From Acidimicrobiales bacterium (GTDB taxonomy: Bacteria > Patescibacteriota > Minisyncoccia > Phycocordibacterales > UBA918): DNA of 64,000 nt. Under the pieces are notes generated by a model. It searched no databases. It saw only the letters and a program-made list of their open reading frames with translations, and had not been told where the DNA came from. The DNA is taken from contig JBLIMJ010000001.1 of assembly GCA_047638595.1 (NCBI GenBank), positions 7,768 through 71,767 of the forward strand. Reading direction: 5' to 3'. This document shows positions 11,260 to 20,804 of this stretch, in pieces (position 1 is the stretch's first letter; every line of letters starts with the position of its first letter). Position numbers and translations under genes: made by a program.

Positions 11260-12510
11260 GTGGGACTTTATAATTCTGGAGTTAGGTTGTTACAATATGG
11301 ATACTATATGGGTATTCACCGACGACACGCACTGCACCGTGTGCGACATGGAGGTATTAGCTTCTGGCTGATTTATGTACTCTCTATTATCTTCACGTTC
11401 CACAGTCTTTTGATTGCCTACAGTAGTTCAACGTATATGGAACAGTTTGCTTCACCTGCAATGATTGGGGCTCTGTACACCATAGGTTCTTCAATAGCAG
11501 TCCTTGCCTTTCTGTTTATATCTAGAATACTGCGCAAGATTGGAAATGTCCGTCTGACGATATACCTCGCGGTCGCAGAAATAGGAGCACTGGTTGCACT
11601 CGGCCTGAGCCCCTCGGGAGCAACTGCAATTATTGCATTTGTCATATTCCTAATACTTAATCCACTTCTGTACCTGAGTATTGATATATTTTCTGAAAGC
11701 TTGATTGGGAGCGATGAAAAGGACACGGGAAGCAAACGAGGACTTACGCTCACACTCATGAGTCTCGCAGCAGTTTTTGGTCCTATCGCACTGAGTTTGA
11801 TTGTCGGTGATGACGATAGCAACCTCTACAAGACGTACCTTGTTTCTGCAGGAATATTCAGTCTCTTTGTGTTGCTAGTTCTTTCGCGCTTTCGAACCTT
11901 TCATGATCCAAAATACAAAGAGGTCAAGGTACTGAGCGCAATACAATCATTTTGGGATAAAAAAGATATTCGCAACGTGTTTCTTTCTCACTTTACTCTA
12001 CAAATATTTTTTGCGTGGATGACAATCTACTTCCCTCTTTACTTGGCTACAGAACTTGGATTCACTTGGGACATAATCGGTTCAATATTTGCCGTAGGTC
12101 TACTTGCCTATGTCCTCATTGAGTATCCAGTGGGCGTTATTGCTGATAGATATATAGGGGAAAAAGAGATGATGGCGGTAGGATTCCTGATACTTGCAGT
12201 CACTTCATCGTGGATATCCTTTATGGCTGAAGCTCCAGTAGTTGCATGGATGATTCTGGTATTTATAAGCCGAGTAGGATGTTCGTTGGTTGAGGCGACT
12301 ACTGAAAGCTATTTCTTTAAACATACCAAAGGTACTGACGCGAACATTATGAGCTTCTTCCGTCTTACACGTCCACTTGCGATGATTGCGGGTGCACTCC
12401 TTGGAAGTGCGACGCTTCTCTACCTCCCTTTTGAACTTATCTTTATTGTATTAGGACTCGTTATGGTACCAGGAATTTTCTTTACCATTGCCTTAAATGA
12501 TACAAAATAG
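11260..12510 (+). CDS. MFS-type transporter
   Basis: 416 aa with about 12 predicted TM helices in a 6+6 arrangement. Confidence 0.55.
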   Translation: MGLYNSGVRLLQYGYYMGIHRRHALHRVRHGGISFWLIYVLSIIFTFHSLLIAYSSSTYMEQFASPAMIGALYTIGSSIAVLAFLFISRILRKIGNVRLTIYLAVAEIGALVALGLSPSGATAIIAFVIFLILNPLLYLSIDIFSESLIGSDEKDTGSKRGLTLTLMSLAAVFGPIALSLIVGDDDSNLYKTYLVSAGIFSLFVLLVLSRFRTFHDPKYKEVKVLSAIQSFWDKKDIRNVFLSHFTLQIFFAWMTIYFPLYLATELGFTWDIIGSIFAVGLLAYVLIEYPVGVIADRYIGEKEMMAVGFLILAVTSSWISFMAEAPVVAWMILVFISRVGCSLVEATTESYFFKHTKGTDANIMSFFRLTRPLAMIAGALLGSATLLYLPFELIFIVLGLVMVPGIFFTIALNDTK

Positions 12511-12567
12511 TCACCATTAATTATTTTAGTTGAATAATTCTAATTTAGAGGTATAGTAATCTGCAAC

Positions 12568-12936
12568 ATGCCACTTCGCACAAATCAAATGAAAACAAAG
12601 TACACGGAAAACCAAGTTTTGTATGAGAATTTTCACGATACCAAAAATTTTGAAGAAGACAAAGAAAGAATCATTCATTCATACGAACACTGGGACATCA
12701 TTACCAATCTATTTCCCTATGACAAAATAGCTGAAGTGCATGACATGCTTGTACCTAAAAGAGTTTTTGGCAAAATGTCCGAGTGTAACAAAGAAGAATG
12801 GGCTGAGTATAAAATAATCATCAGTCAGTTTGAAGCTGATGCATACTATGATGCTATTTTAGAAAATTTCTCAAAAAATAAATCAGTTTCGCGCCATCTC
12901 CATATACACCTTATTATATTGAAAACACTTTCATAA
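12568..12936 (+). CDS. HIT-like (histidine triad) protein, paralog 1
   Basis: C-terminal HLHIHLII (H-phi-H-phi-H-phi-phi) motif, and WDIITNLFPYD...DMLVPK upstream of it. Confidence 0.45.
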   Translation: MPLRTNQMKTKYTENQVLYENFHDTKNFEEDKERIIHSYEHWDIITNLFPYDKIAEVHDMLVPKRVFGKMSECNKEEWAEYKIIISQFEADAYYDAILENFSKNKSVSRHLHIHLIILKTLS

Positions 12937-13314
12937 ATGAAAACTCCACGTCATACGAAAACTGAACAAGAATATCAAGAATTTAAAAAGAATCTTAATG
13001 GTGACCCTGCGCTTTTAGAATCTTTCAATTTTGACAATGAAGTAGTACTTCGTGAGTTTGAATACTGGGTTATTATCAAAAATAGATTTCCCTACGATCG
13101 TATGGCTCGCACTAATGACATGCTCGTCTCTAAGCAGCCTCTCTTAAACCGTTATGATGCTACTGGTGATGAACAAGCGGAATATGAGACGATTATAAAA
13201 CTCTTAGCAGAAGAAAATTTCTATGACGCACACATGGAAAATTTCCCCAAAACACGCTCCGTAAAAAAATATGTGCATGTGCACCTCATCCAATGGCACA
13301 ACACAGCTTTATAA
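12937..13314 (+). CDS. HIT-like (histidine triad) protein, paralog 2
   Basis: HVHVHLIQ motif and YWVIIKNRFPYD...DMLVSK. Its start codon directly abuts the stop of paralog 1 (taaATG), indicating tandem duplication. Confidence 0.45.
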   Translation: MKTPRHTKTEQEYQEFKKNLNGDPALLESFNFDNEVVLREFEYWVIIKNRFPYDRMARTNDMLVSKQPLLNRYDATGDEQAEYETIIKLLAEENFYDAHMENFPKTRSVKKYVHVHLIQWHNTAL

Positions 13315-13481
13315 ACATATTTTTGGCACAGTATTTAGTTGCCAATGTCTAATATCTCACTTCTTACAGAAGTTGTTCAGGTTGGCACTATTTCTCATCC
13401 TTCAAATAGCAGGCAACCTCTTGCAAAGCGCCCCAAGCTTTCTCACTGCACTCAAAACTAAACCATGAGGACATAACAAAA

Positions 13482-14303
13482 TTATGTGGGTAGGTGGTAG
13501 CTTCGTTTTGTTTTTACAACCATACCCTCTTGTAGTAACTTCTCTAATTGTATATCAACGCGTATGTCTTCAAATTGATTCAGGCTCTTTAATAATAAAG
13601 CTCTATTGTAAGGACACCCGCCTTTGGCGAGCGTCTTTACAATAGCACCTCGTATTTGTCTATCACTGCCCTGGAACTTTGATTGTTTAGTGTAGTGTTT
13701 ACTCTGGCTATTTGGATTACCATTTGTCTTTTTAAGGTGCGCTCCATAGTCCATCAGCGCCCAGTACCACTCTCGGGGATTCTGGGAATCTAAAGTGGGT
13801 TCGATATATCGTACTAACTGAGCATCAGTTACGTCAGTTTTATCGTTAAAGAAATGATGTATGAAGACGCTACGAATATTTGTTTCGATAATTGGTACAG
13901 GTGTATTGTATGCAAAGGCCATAACCGCACCTGCTGTATACGGACCGACTCCAGATAACTTTTGTAATTCAATAAATGTATCAGGAAATTTTCCATTACC
14001 GCTCGCCACTACCGCTTTAGCGCAATTGTGTAACATTTTTGCACGCCTGTTGTATCCGAGTCCCTGCCACTGTGTCAAAACATCTCCAAGGCTAGAATCT
14101 GCTAACTTCTGCGCTGTCGGAAATTCTTTTAGAAATGCGCTGTACTTTGGCAGTACCCTTTCAACCTGCGTTTGCTGAAGCATTATTTCAGAAATAAGTA
14201 TCTTATACGGATTCTTTGTTTTACGCCATGGAAGGCTTCGTCTTCCATGGCTCTCATAAAAATCCCATACTGTTTTCACAAACTCCCTCTCTTCCTTATT
14301 CAT
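13482..14303 (-). CDS. HhH-GPD DNA glycosylase, MutY (A/G-specific adenine glycosylase)-like catalytic domain
   Basis: LPWRKTKNPYKILISEIMLQQTQV...GLGYNRRAKML...LSGVGPYTAGAVMAFAYN. No C-terminal Cys4 Fe-S motif is seen. Confidence 0.6.
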   Translation of the reverse strand: MNKEEREFVKTVWDFYESHGRRSLPWRKTKNPYKILISEIMLQQTQVERVLPKYSAFLKEFPTAQKLADSSLGDVLTQWQGLGYNRRAKMLHNCAKAVVASGNGKFPDTFIELQKLSGVGPYTAGAVMAFAYNTPVPIIETNIRSVFIHHFFNDKTDVTDAQLVRYIEPTLDSQNPREWYWALMDYGAHLKKTNGNPNSQSKHYTKQSKFQGSDRQIRGAIVKTLAKGGCPYNRALLLKSLNQFEDIRVDIQLEKLLQEGMVVKTKRSYHLPT

Positions 14304-14391
14304 GCTGCTATTAAAACATACATTACCTTTAGAAACATACTAGTCAAAAACAAAAGCCTGGAAATTCCAGGCTTTGCATCAGAAGTTATCT

Positions 14392-14528
14392 TTGTTGTTC
14401 AATTTGAACTTTTGAAACTATTGCTGCTGCTTCGACAGCTTCGAATGCAGCTGTCGCTGCGCGTTCAAATGCTCCAAATGAAGATGACATCATTTGAGTA
14501 ATTGCGTATAAAACAATCACTGTACCTA
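14392..14528 (-). CDS. Possible small membrane protein (about 45 aa)
   Basis: Minus-strand reading gives MFRAIGTVIVLYAITQMMSSSFGAFERAATAAFEAVEAAAIVSKVQIEQQR. Unlisted short ORF; weak support. Confidence 0.2.
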
Positions 14529-14673
14529 TTGCTCTAAACATAATTAAATAAATTATATTCCCACGAAACCCTCAATTCGATATTGAGAGCAAAACTAAAT
14601 GTTTTTGGGAGTAATAGGTTTTGAAAGACTAATCTACTTAAATAGTACTACTAAATTCTAATTTGTCTAGTCT

Positions 14674-15429
14674 TTAATAATAATTCAGTAAACTACCAAT
14701 TCCTATAAATTCCAAGAACTGATATCCATACAACACCGTCAGGCCAAAGTTGTTAAACAAAAGTAAAAAACCAATACCTATCAATAACAGACCTCCTACA
14801 ATACTGACCAAGCGCGATACCTTTGAGTATTTTTCTATTAGATTTCCCGCACGTGCATACACCACAGCGGTGGCAATAAACGGCACCGCCAATCCAGCTG
14901 AAAATAAAGCGAGTAAAAACGCTCCACTGAGTACCGTAGCCTTAGTAGTTGCAATCAAGAGCACTGAAGCCAAAACTGGCCCTACACAAGGGGTCCACCC
15001 CAGTGCAAAGATACCTCCTATAAGGAAAGCACTACTTGATTCACCTGGTGTCACAAACTTTGGAAGTGTAAATTTATGCTCACGCATGAGTGGTGCAATA
15101 TGGATAATATCAAGCATCATCAGTCCAAACATAATAATGAACACACCCCCAACTTGTGAAAGCACTATACGATATTGACCAACAAAAGATCCAAAAAAGC
15201 CAGCGAGGATTCCAAACAATATAAAAACTGCTGAAAAACCAAGTGTGAAAGCAATTGCATTTTTTCGAATTTTTTTCCTCGCTTCTTTACTCCTCTTCGC
15301 ATCCTTTTCTTTCACTCCACTAATGAATGCCAAGTATGCAGGAACGAGTGGTAAGGTACAAGGAGCGAGGAACATGAGTAGACCTGCAACAAAAGCTGAC
15401 ACCGCAAATGCAAAATTAAGATCAAGCAT
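14674..15429 (-). CDS. ccdA: Cytochrome c-type biogenesis / thiol-disulfide electron transfer protein CcdA (DsbD TM domain)
   Basis: Six TM helices with conserved Cys in LAPCTLPLVPAYL and GWTPCVGPVL. Confidence 0.8.
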   Translation of the reverse strand: MLDLNFAFAVSAFVAGLLMFLAPCTLPLVPAYLAFISGVKEKDAKRSKEARKKIRKNAIAFTLGFSAVFILFGILAGFFGSFVGQYRIVLSQVGGVFIIMFGLMMLDIIHIAPLMREHKFTLPKFVTPGESSSAFLIGGIFALGWTPCVGPVLASVLLIATTKATVLSGAFLLALFSAGLAVPFIATAVVYARAGNLIEKYSKVSRLVSIVGGLLLIGIGFLLLFNNFGLTVLYGYQFLEFIGIGSLLNYY

Positions 15430-15431
15430 AT

Positions 15432-16004
15432 TTATTTATCAAGAGCAGTTATCGCTTGATTTGTGAGAGTCCTCATCTCTTCAATATCCATAAACCCACG
15501 TTTATGGATAACTATATTTCCTTCTCTATCATAGAACACCGTTTCAGGCATCGAGAATCCTCCTATTGAAGTATAGTAGGCATCAGAGAGATCTATCGCA
15601 AAATCAATGTAGGTAAACTCCCCAAGGGAGGAAAGGAAATGTTTTGCGCGTTCCCTTGGCTCTTTTCTGTTAATTGCTATAACTGCCACATTTTGCTCGC
15701 TGAATTCCTGCGCAAGCTGTTCAAAATCAGCAAGCTCATTAGTACAAAATGGGCACCAGCTCGCCCATGCATTGACTACACGCACCTGACCTCTATAATC
15801 GTCAAAGGAAAAAGGATTCCCTTCAAGATCAGTATAGGGGGCTTCCTCAGAAACAGTGAGTGTTCGTGACGCCTCAGAGTCCTTTTCCGCAACACGTGCT
15901 GTGTGCTGTATGGAATAGGTATACAAGCCAGCAAGGAAAAATATTGCTATGACAACCGCGAAGGTAATAATGGTACCTTTGTTCATAAGACTAGTTACTT
16001 CCAA
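15432..16004 (-). CDS. Membrane-anchored thioredoxin-like thiol:disulfide oxidoreductase (TlpA/ResA family)
   Basis: N-terminal TM plus a WASWCPFC (WCxxC) active site. Confidence 0.75.
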   Translation of the reverse strand: MEVTSLMNKGTIITFAVVIAIFFLAGLYTYSIQHTARVAEKDSEASRTLTVSEEAPYTDLEGNPFSFDDYRGQVRVVNAWASWCPFCTNELADFEQLAQEFSEQNVAVIAINRKEPRERAKHFLSSLGEFTYIDFAIDLSDAYYTSIGGFSMPETVFYDREGNIVIHKRGFMDIEEMRTLTNQAITALDK

Positions 16005-16686
16005 TTATTTGAGCCCAATTAGCATAAGGTAACGCACCAGAAGCTACTTTAGTAGTACCGTCTGCAAACTCAACGACATTAAATGGTGTTCCACTTCCCC
16101 CGAGAGAAATTGCCACAGCTAAATCCTTATCAACACGCTGAGCTACTTCATCTGAAACAAGGCAACTTTGGTATGCTTCTGTATCAATACCTAACTGTGA
16201 AGCCTCAGCCTCAAGAAAATCTGGTGTGAGAGAGCGTTGGTTTGCAAAAATAACATCCAAATAACTCCAAAAGGCGTCATTTCCAGCTAAGTCACCTACA
16301 CACTCTGATGCTATAGCGGCTGGCCGAGCACCTGCATGACTTGTCAGTGGTAAGTGTCGATATTCCCAGTTAACTGAACCTTCGGATTCATCCACCACTT
16401 GTTTGAGAGTTGGGTGTAATCGTGCACAAAACGAGCACTCCAAGTCAGAAAATTCAACTATAGTGGTTTCAGCTTCAAGGTTGCCATAGATACGACGCAA
16501 TGGACTTTCTTCTCGTTTAGGACTGCCCGCTCCAGTAACAGCAACTTGTTCGCCACCAGCTCCTACATACAATGTTGGTGATGTTGGTGAAGTTGGTGTG
16601 TTGGAAAAATAGATTGCTGCTGCTATAAGTGCAAAGCCTAAAAGAATTGAAGCTGCTAATGATGTGGTTTGATTTGTATTATTCAT
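15991..16686 (-). CDS. DsbA-like thioredoxin-fold protein
   Basis: N-terminal TM, a PTSPTSPT linker and a CSFC active site (DLECSFCARLHP). Confidence 0.65.
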   Translation of the reverse strand: MNNTNQTTSLAASILLGFALIAAAIYFSNTPTSPTSPTLYVGAGGEQVAVTGAGSPKREESPLRRIYGNLEAETTIVEFSDLECSFCARLHPTLKQVVDESEGSVNWEYRHLPLTSHAGARPAAIASECVGDLAGNDAFWSYLDVIFANQRSLTPDFLEAEASQLGIDTEAYQSCLVSDEVAQRVDKDLAVAISLGGSGTPFNVVEFADGTTKVASGALPYANWAQIIGSN

Positions 16687-16706
16687 AGTATTTATTTTTT
16701 AGTAAT

Positions 16707-17747
16707 TTATCGATTCCAAAGTAATGTCTCAGGGTGTGCCGCAACCCAAGAGAACCAAAATCCTTCTACGTCATTTATTATTACTCCAGCAACAGTAGTA
16801 AACGCTACTTCCCCATCGTTGTTTGTAATAATAATTTCATCATTGTTAATCATATCGCGAATTGTTCCTTCATGGAGAAGGTGACGTGGATATGCCTTAA
16901 AGGCACCGTCAACTTCTATGCCATATACATAGGTATCAGGAGTAAGTGGGGACGTCTCTGCATCGAAGTCAGGAGCAAAGCGTTGCGCAACTTCATAATA
17001 CGCACCACTGTAAGGGTCTCTTTGACTACCAGTATCAAGGACGGAACCCTTGGGGTGTCGTTCTGCCCAAGTACTAAACTGCATGATGTCCGAAGCAATT
17101 ATAGTTAATTGTGCACCTGTATCATCACCCACCACTGCCTCACCAAGCACTTGAGACCATAGATTCCTATCAGCAATATTGTCTGAGCGGTTGTACATAA
17201 GTAGATTCGACTGCCAAAGCATGCCCGATACTCCAAACTCATATACTAATCCATTTATTGTTCTATCAAACACAATACCAGTACCACACAATGGACAATA
17301 GGTTATCAACAAGGCGTCTCCTGCAACTACATCATTAACAATCTCTTTGGTCACCAACATACTAAACGGATAAAACCTATGCTCTCCTTTGTAGGACAGT
17401 GCTATACCAATCTGTTTATTATCAATTTTTGTAAGTGCTATATCTAATGAGATAAATTGAGGTGAATCAACTGATGGAATACAATCTTGTCGTGAGCACC
17501 CCTGACGAATCTCTGCCAGAGGAATTGAGTGTTTTACCTTCTGATTTGGAACAATGTCTTCAATGGGGAGTGTAGCAGATGGAGTTATAGATAAAACCCT
17601 GTCTGACGTAACCGACATCCGTTGTGACATTTTTTGTGGTTCAGGCGAATCATTTTGCTCAGTATTAAAATATTTTACACTAAACTGAATAGTAACAATT
17701 ACAATTACAAGAACAAATGCTATCTGTGCGTATTTTGGTACTTCCAT
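16707..17747 (-). CDS. DUF3179-like membrane-anchored protein
   Basis: Motifs recalled for DUF3179 are present (IPSVDSPQF, YCPLCGTG, NLWSQ...GEAVVGD). It sits last in the disulfide-oxidoreductase gene block. Confidence 0.5.
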   Translation of the reverse strand: MEVPKYAQIAFVLVIVIVTIQFSVKYFNTEQNDSPEPQKMSQRMSVTSDRVLSITPSATLPIEDIVPNQKVKHSIPLAEIRQGCSRQDCIPSVDSPQFISLDIALTKIDNKQIGIALSYKGEHRFYPFSMLVTKEIVNDVVAGDALLITYCPLCGTGIVFDRTINGLVYEFGVSGMLWQSNLLMYNRSDNIADRNLWSQVLGEAVVGDDTGAQLTIIASDIMQFSTWAERHPKGSVLDTGSQRDPYSGAYYEVAQRFAPDFDAETSPLTPDTYVYGIEVDGAFKAYPRHLLHEGTIRDMINNDEIIITNNDGEVAFTTVAGVIINDVEGFWFSWVAAHPETLLWNR

Positions 17748-17929
17748 ATTTAAAATGTATAGTTAGTCTACACCATATAGATACGTTTTGAATCAAAGTT
17801 TATTTCAAAAAACAGCTGCATACTCAAAGTGTAGTACATTTTGGTGTGTTTAGCTGTTTTGTCCCAAAATGGGCAAAGGAGGAGGTATAGGCTAAGAAAA
17901 ATAGTGTGATACCCTCCTATTCCTTTGTC

Positions 17930-18098
17930 TAGAAGGTGTCAAAAATTACTTCTTCCTGGATTTCAGCTTTTTTAAGTAGAGCAAAAGTAAACATACCTCC
18001 AACGATGAGGACAAATAATACACTGGCAATAATTATTGCCTTCCTATCCACCTTATGTGGGGACACCTGTTTCTGACCATTATTTTCAAATTGATCCA
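17930..18098 (-). CDS. Possible small membrane protein (56 aa)
   Basis: Minus-strand reading gives MDQFENNGQKQVSPHKVDRKAIIIASVLFVLIVGGMFTFALLKKAEIQEEVIFDTF. Unlisted short ORF. Confidence 0.2.
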
Positions 18099-18165
18099 TA
18101 GTTACTATAAGTTATAGAATAAATATTCTACACTAATAATGTATTGAGTATACATCAAAATATCA

Positions 18166-19794
18166 CTACTGACTTTCAGTATGATCGTTACCGATAAATA
18201 CAGAAATATTTGCTAGACTCGTTGTAAGGTCATCAGGACGAGCAGACAACAACGCTCCATCAAGCAACTTACTCAATACACGGGCATCTTCTTGTATAGC
18301 AATGTCATACACTATTACAGTGTGTTTCTTAGACTCTTCAAAGTCAGACTTCAGCGCCTCTATTGCATACCCTTGAGACTCAAGTTCTGTTTGCATAGCT
18401 GCGGCAACGCCCGGGGTATCACTTGAATTGATGAGTATCAATTCAAAATCTTGGGAAACCACCTCAGCAGCAGGAATAGACACTTCTTCTACTTGCGGTG
18501 TACTTGCACTATTTTTTTCATAAATAATCTCTTCCGATGATAGAGTTACCGACGTGTCGGGATTTTCAATAGTAACCTCATAATCGCGCTGTAAAGTAGT
18601 TACCTCAATAAGGAAATACCATACTGCTAAAGAGGCTACTATTAGTAAGAGCGCACTTACAAAGAATTTTTTATAGGTGAGTACAAAACTGAAAAGCGTC
18701 TTTACGGTATCGAGAAAAGCATGCGTTTTTGAAAGGCGTGATTGCAAATCTTTTACCCCACCCAGTAGCGGGGCTCGTACCGACGGACGACTCTCAATAA
18801 CCACATCTCCTTGCATGGCAAAGCGTTGTGACCGAGGCACGTACTCTTGCACTCCAGACATAGAAAGCATTTTTCGTACATATGTGCGGATACTCCAAGT
18901 GAGGAGGAAAATAATTGCCGCTAAACTACCAAGGACCATCAACACCGCTTTGACTGGTATGACCCAAAAATAGGTTGGCTGTGTCACAAAATTACGAACA
19001 TCTTGTCCATATGCCAGCGTCAGCACTGCTGTATAGCGACCGATGTCAGTAAATGACTGCTCTCCTTTCCAGGTAAAATTGAACTGACGAATACTCTCGG
19101 GTAATACATTGCCAAAATGAGTTTGGTGGTTAATCGGTACAATACCACGCTCCTTCCCCCACATGTTGGTAATAACAATTTCTCCTTGTGGCTGTAGATG
19201 TACATTCCCTTTATTTTCAAACCGTACTTCAAAATCAACTTCAGGGACATCAAAAAATGTTTTCTCTGTCCTAAAGGTGCGAACATTTCCTTTTTCTATA
19301 ATATCTCCCGCAACACGAACAAAAAACAATGAGGTGACAATCTGAGCAGTCTTTACTTGAAATGGATTGTCAGAATTAAGTGGACGGGTCCCAATCATAA
19401 TCGCAGCATAATGTCCTCCAGGAGATGCATCTTCAGGTACATTAATCGTTAACGGTACCGCAACACTACTTTCGCGAGGTATAACGTAAGGTTCTTCAGA
19501 AACAGTGATCCATTCGGCAAGTGTCTTTCCTTCTGTAAAGTCTTCAAAGACAGGTAAGAACTTTCCTTGTCCAGTTTCTCCTTGTGGGGCAAAATTTACA
19601 ACATTAGCATAGACAGTAATATCTTGCGGATTGTTGTTTATTACCTTTACTGAACTATTCCATGCCTGCAACGGAACCGCTGACATCTCAAAAAGTGTTG
19701 GGGACACACTTAATGACAATCCGGCAGCAAACAAACTCTGTGGCAGTAACAGAGTTCCAAGTATCAATACTGTAAATATTTTATGCTTCATCAT
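18166..19794 (-). CDS. Cell-surface protein, DUF916/DUF3324-like two-domain ectodomain with 2 TM segments and a C-terminal LytR_C-like domain
   Basis: Signal peptide. The N-terminal half is paralogous to the products of 19781..20803 and 53866..54813 (LSVSP..., KVINNNPQDITVYANVVNF, WITVSEEP...PGGHYAAIMIG, FENKGNVHLQPQGEI). The C-terminal about 90 aa (ELILINSSDTPGVAAAMQTELESQGYAIEALKSD...VIVYD...ARVLSKLL) resemble LytR_C. Confidence 0.5.
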   Translation of the reverse strand: MMKHKIFTVLILGTLLLPQSLFAAGLSLSVSPTLFEMSAVPLQAWNSSVKVINNNPQDITVYANVVNFAPQGETGQGKFLPVFEDFTEGKTLAEWITVSEEPYVIPRESSVAVPLTINVPEDASPGGHYAAIMIGTRPLNSDNPFQVKTAQIVTSLFFVRVAGDIIEKGNVRTFRTEKTFFDVPEVDFEVRFENKGNVHLQPQGEIVITNMWGKERGIVPINHQTHFGNVLPESIRQFNFTWKGEQSFTDIGRYTAVLTLAYGQDVRNFVTQPTYFWVIPVKAVLMVLGSLAAIIFLLTWSIRTYVRKMLSMSGVQEYVPRSQRFAMQGDVVIESRPSVRAPLLGGVKDLQSRLSKTHAFLDTVKTLFSFVLTYKKFFVSALLLIVASLAVWYFLIEVTTLQRDYEVTIENPDTSVTLSSEEIIYEKNSASTPQVEEVSIPAAEVVSQDFELILINSSDTPGVAAAMQTELESQGYAIEALKSDFEESKKHTVIVYDIAIQEDARVLSKLLDGALLSARPDDLTTSLANISVFIGNDHTESQ

Positions 19795-20803
19795 TTTTAC
19801 TCAAATCTAAATCATGGTCCTGATTATCAGACGTCCCCTCTCGTACATACATTGCGACATTTTCAGAGCCATCTCCCACATCTCCCCCACCGTCATATCG
19901 TCGATGCGCATACAAAGCAATAAGAATCGTCAGTACGAGAATTATAAAGAAAATTATAATAAGCTGTTTCAAAGGCATAATGTAGAAAAAGGCTGTGTCG
20001 TGTACAGAAGCAGTTAAATGTTCTCCATACTCAACCGAGAGAAATGCTTTATATTTACCCAATGTCAAAGCATCAGGTACATCCATAGAAAATGATGCTT
20101 CACCATCTGCAGGTACCTTACTTTGCTGAACATTTACTGGAAGCGAGTCAACCTCAACACCCTTATTATTATAGAAGATAACCTCGCCTGAGGGGATGAT
20201 GTCGACTCCACCTGGATTAGTAAGTGTGAACAACATGGTTTCTCCATCAGTTGCAGTTACAAATCTATCTACATCAAACTTTTCTAGTCGAAGAAATTGA
20301 TCTTGTGTTTGATCTACTGAGATATGAACAATAGTCCCCGGGGCCAAACCCTGAGCAACTTTTGATGCTGCATTGGGTCTATTTGAACCTTCTGCAAAAC
20401 CTATAAAAACGTTGTAGTCACCCGGTTCAGTCAATGGATTCATACGAATAGTGAACGGTACCTCACGCACTTCACCTGGTTTCAATTCCATGCGCTGACG
20501 TGATATCTCTATCCACGTAGTTGCTGTAGTGCCCTTGTCAGCAACCACTTTTTGTTCAAAACTCTCAACCACACCTCCTTCCATCGCTACATTATTTACC
20601 GACGCATACACACGCACCATTCGTTCCGAGGTGTTGGTGAGCGTTATATATTCCGTAATTATATCTCTCTTCTCAAGATTGAAGTTCAACACCAAAGGGG
20701 TCACAAGGTGATTAGCAGCAAAAACACTTGTGGTTGTCCCTACAAAACAGACAACAGCGATTACGGCGACGGAAAATAAATGTAAATTTGAAATTTTTAT
20801 CAT
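19781..20803 (-). CDS. Cell-surface protein, DUF916/DUF3324-like, C-terminal TM anchor
   Basis: Signal peptide, two beta-rich domains (TLTNTSERMVRVYASVNNV, WIEISRQRMELKPGEVREVPFTI...PGDYNVFIGF, TNPGGVDIIPSGEVIF), then C-terminal TM FIILVLTILIALYAHRRY. Overlaps both neighbours by a few bp, so it is operonic. Confidence 0.5.
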   Translation of the reverse strand: MIKISNLHLFSVAVIAVVCFVGTTTSVFAANHLVTPLVLNFNLEKRDIITEYITLTNTSERMVRVYASVNNVAMEGGVVESFEQKVVADKGTTATTWIEISRQRMELKPGEVREVPFTIRMNPLTEPGDYNVFIGFAEGSNRPNAASKVAQGLAPGTIVHISVDQTQDQFLRLEKFDVDRFVTATDGETMLFTLTNPGGVDIIPSGEVIFYNNKGVEVDSLPVNVQQSKVPADGEASFSMDVPDALTLGKYKAFLSVEYGEHLTASVHDTAFFYIMPLKQLIIIFFIILVLTILIALYAHRRYDGGGDVGDGSENVAMYVREGTSDNQDHDLDLSKNDEA

Positions 20804-20804
20804 A

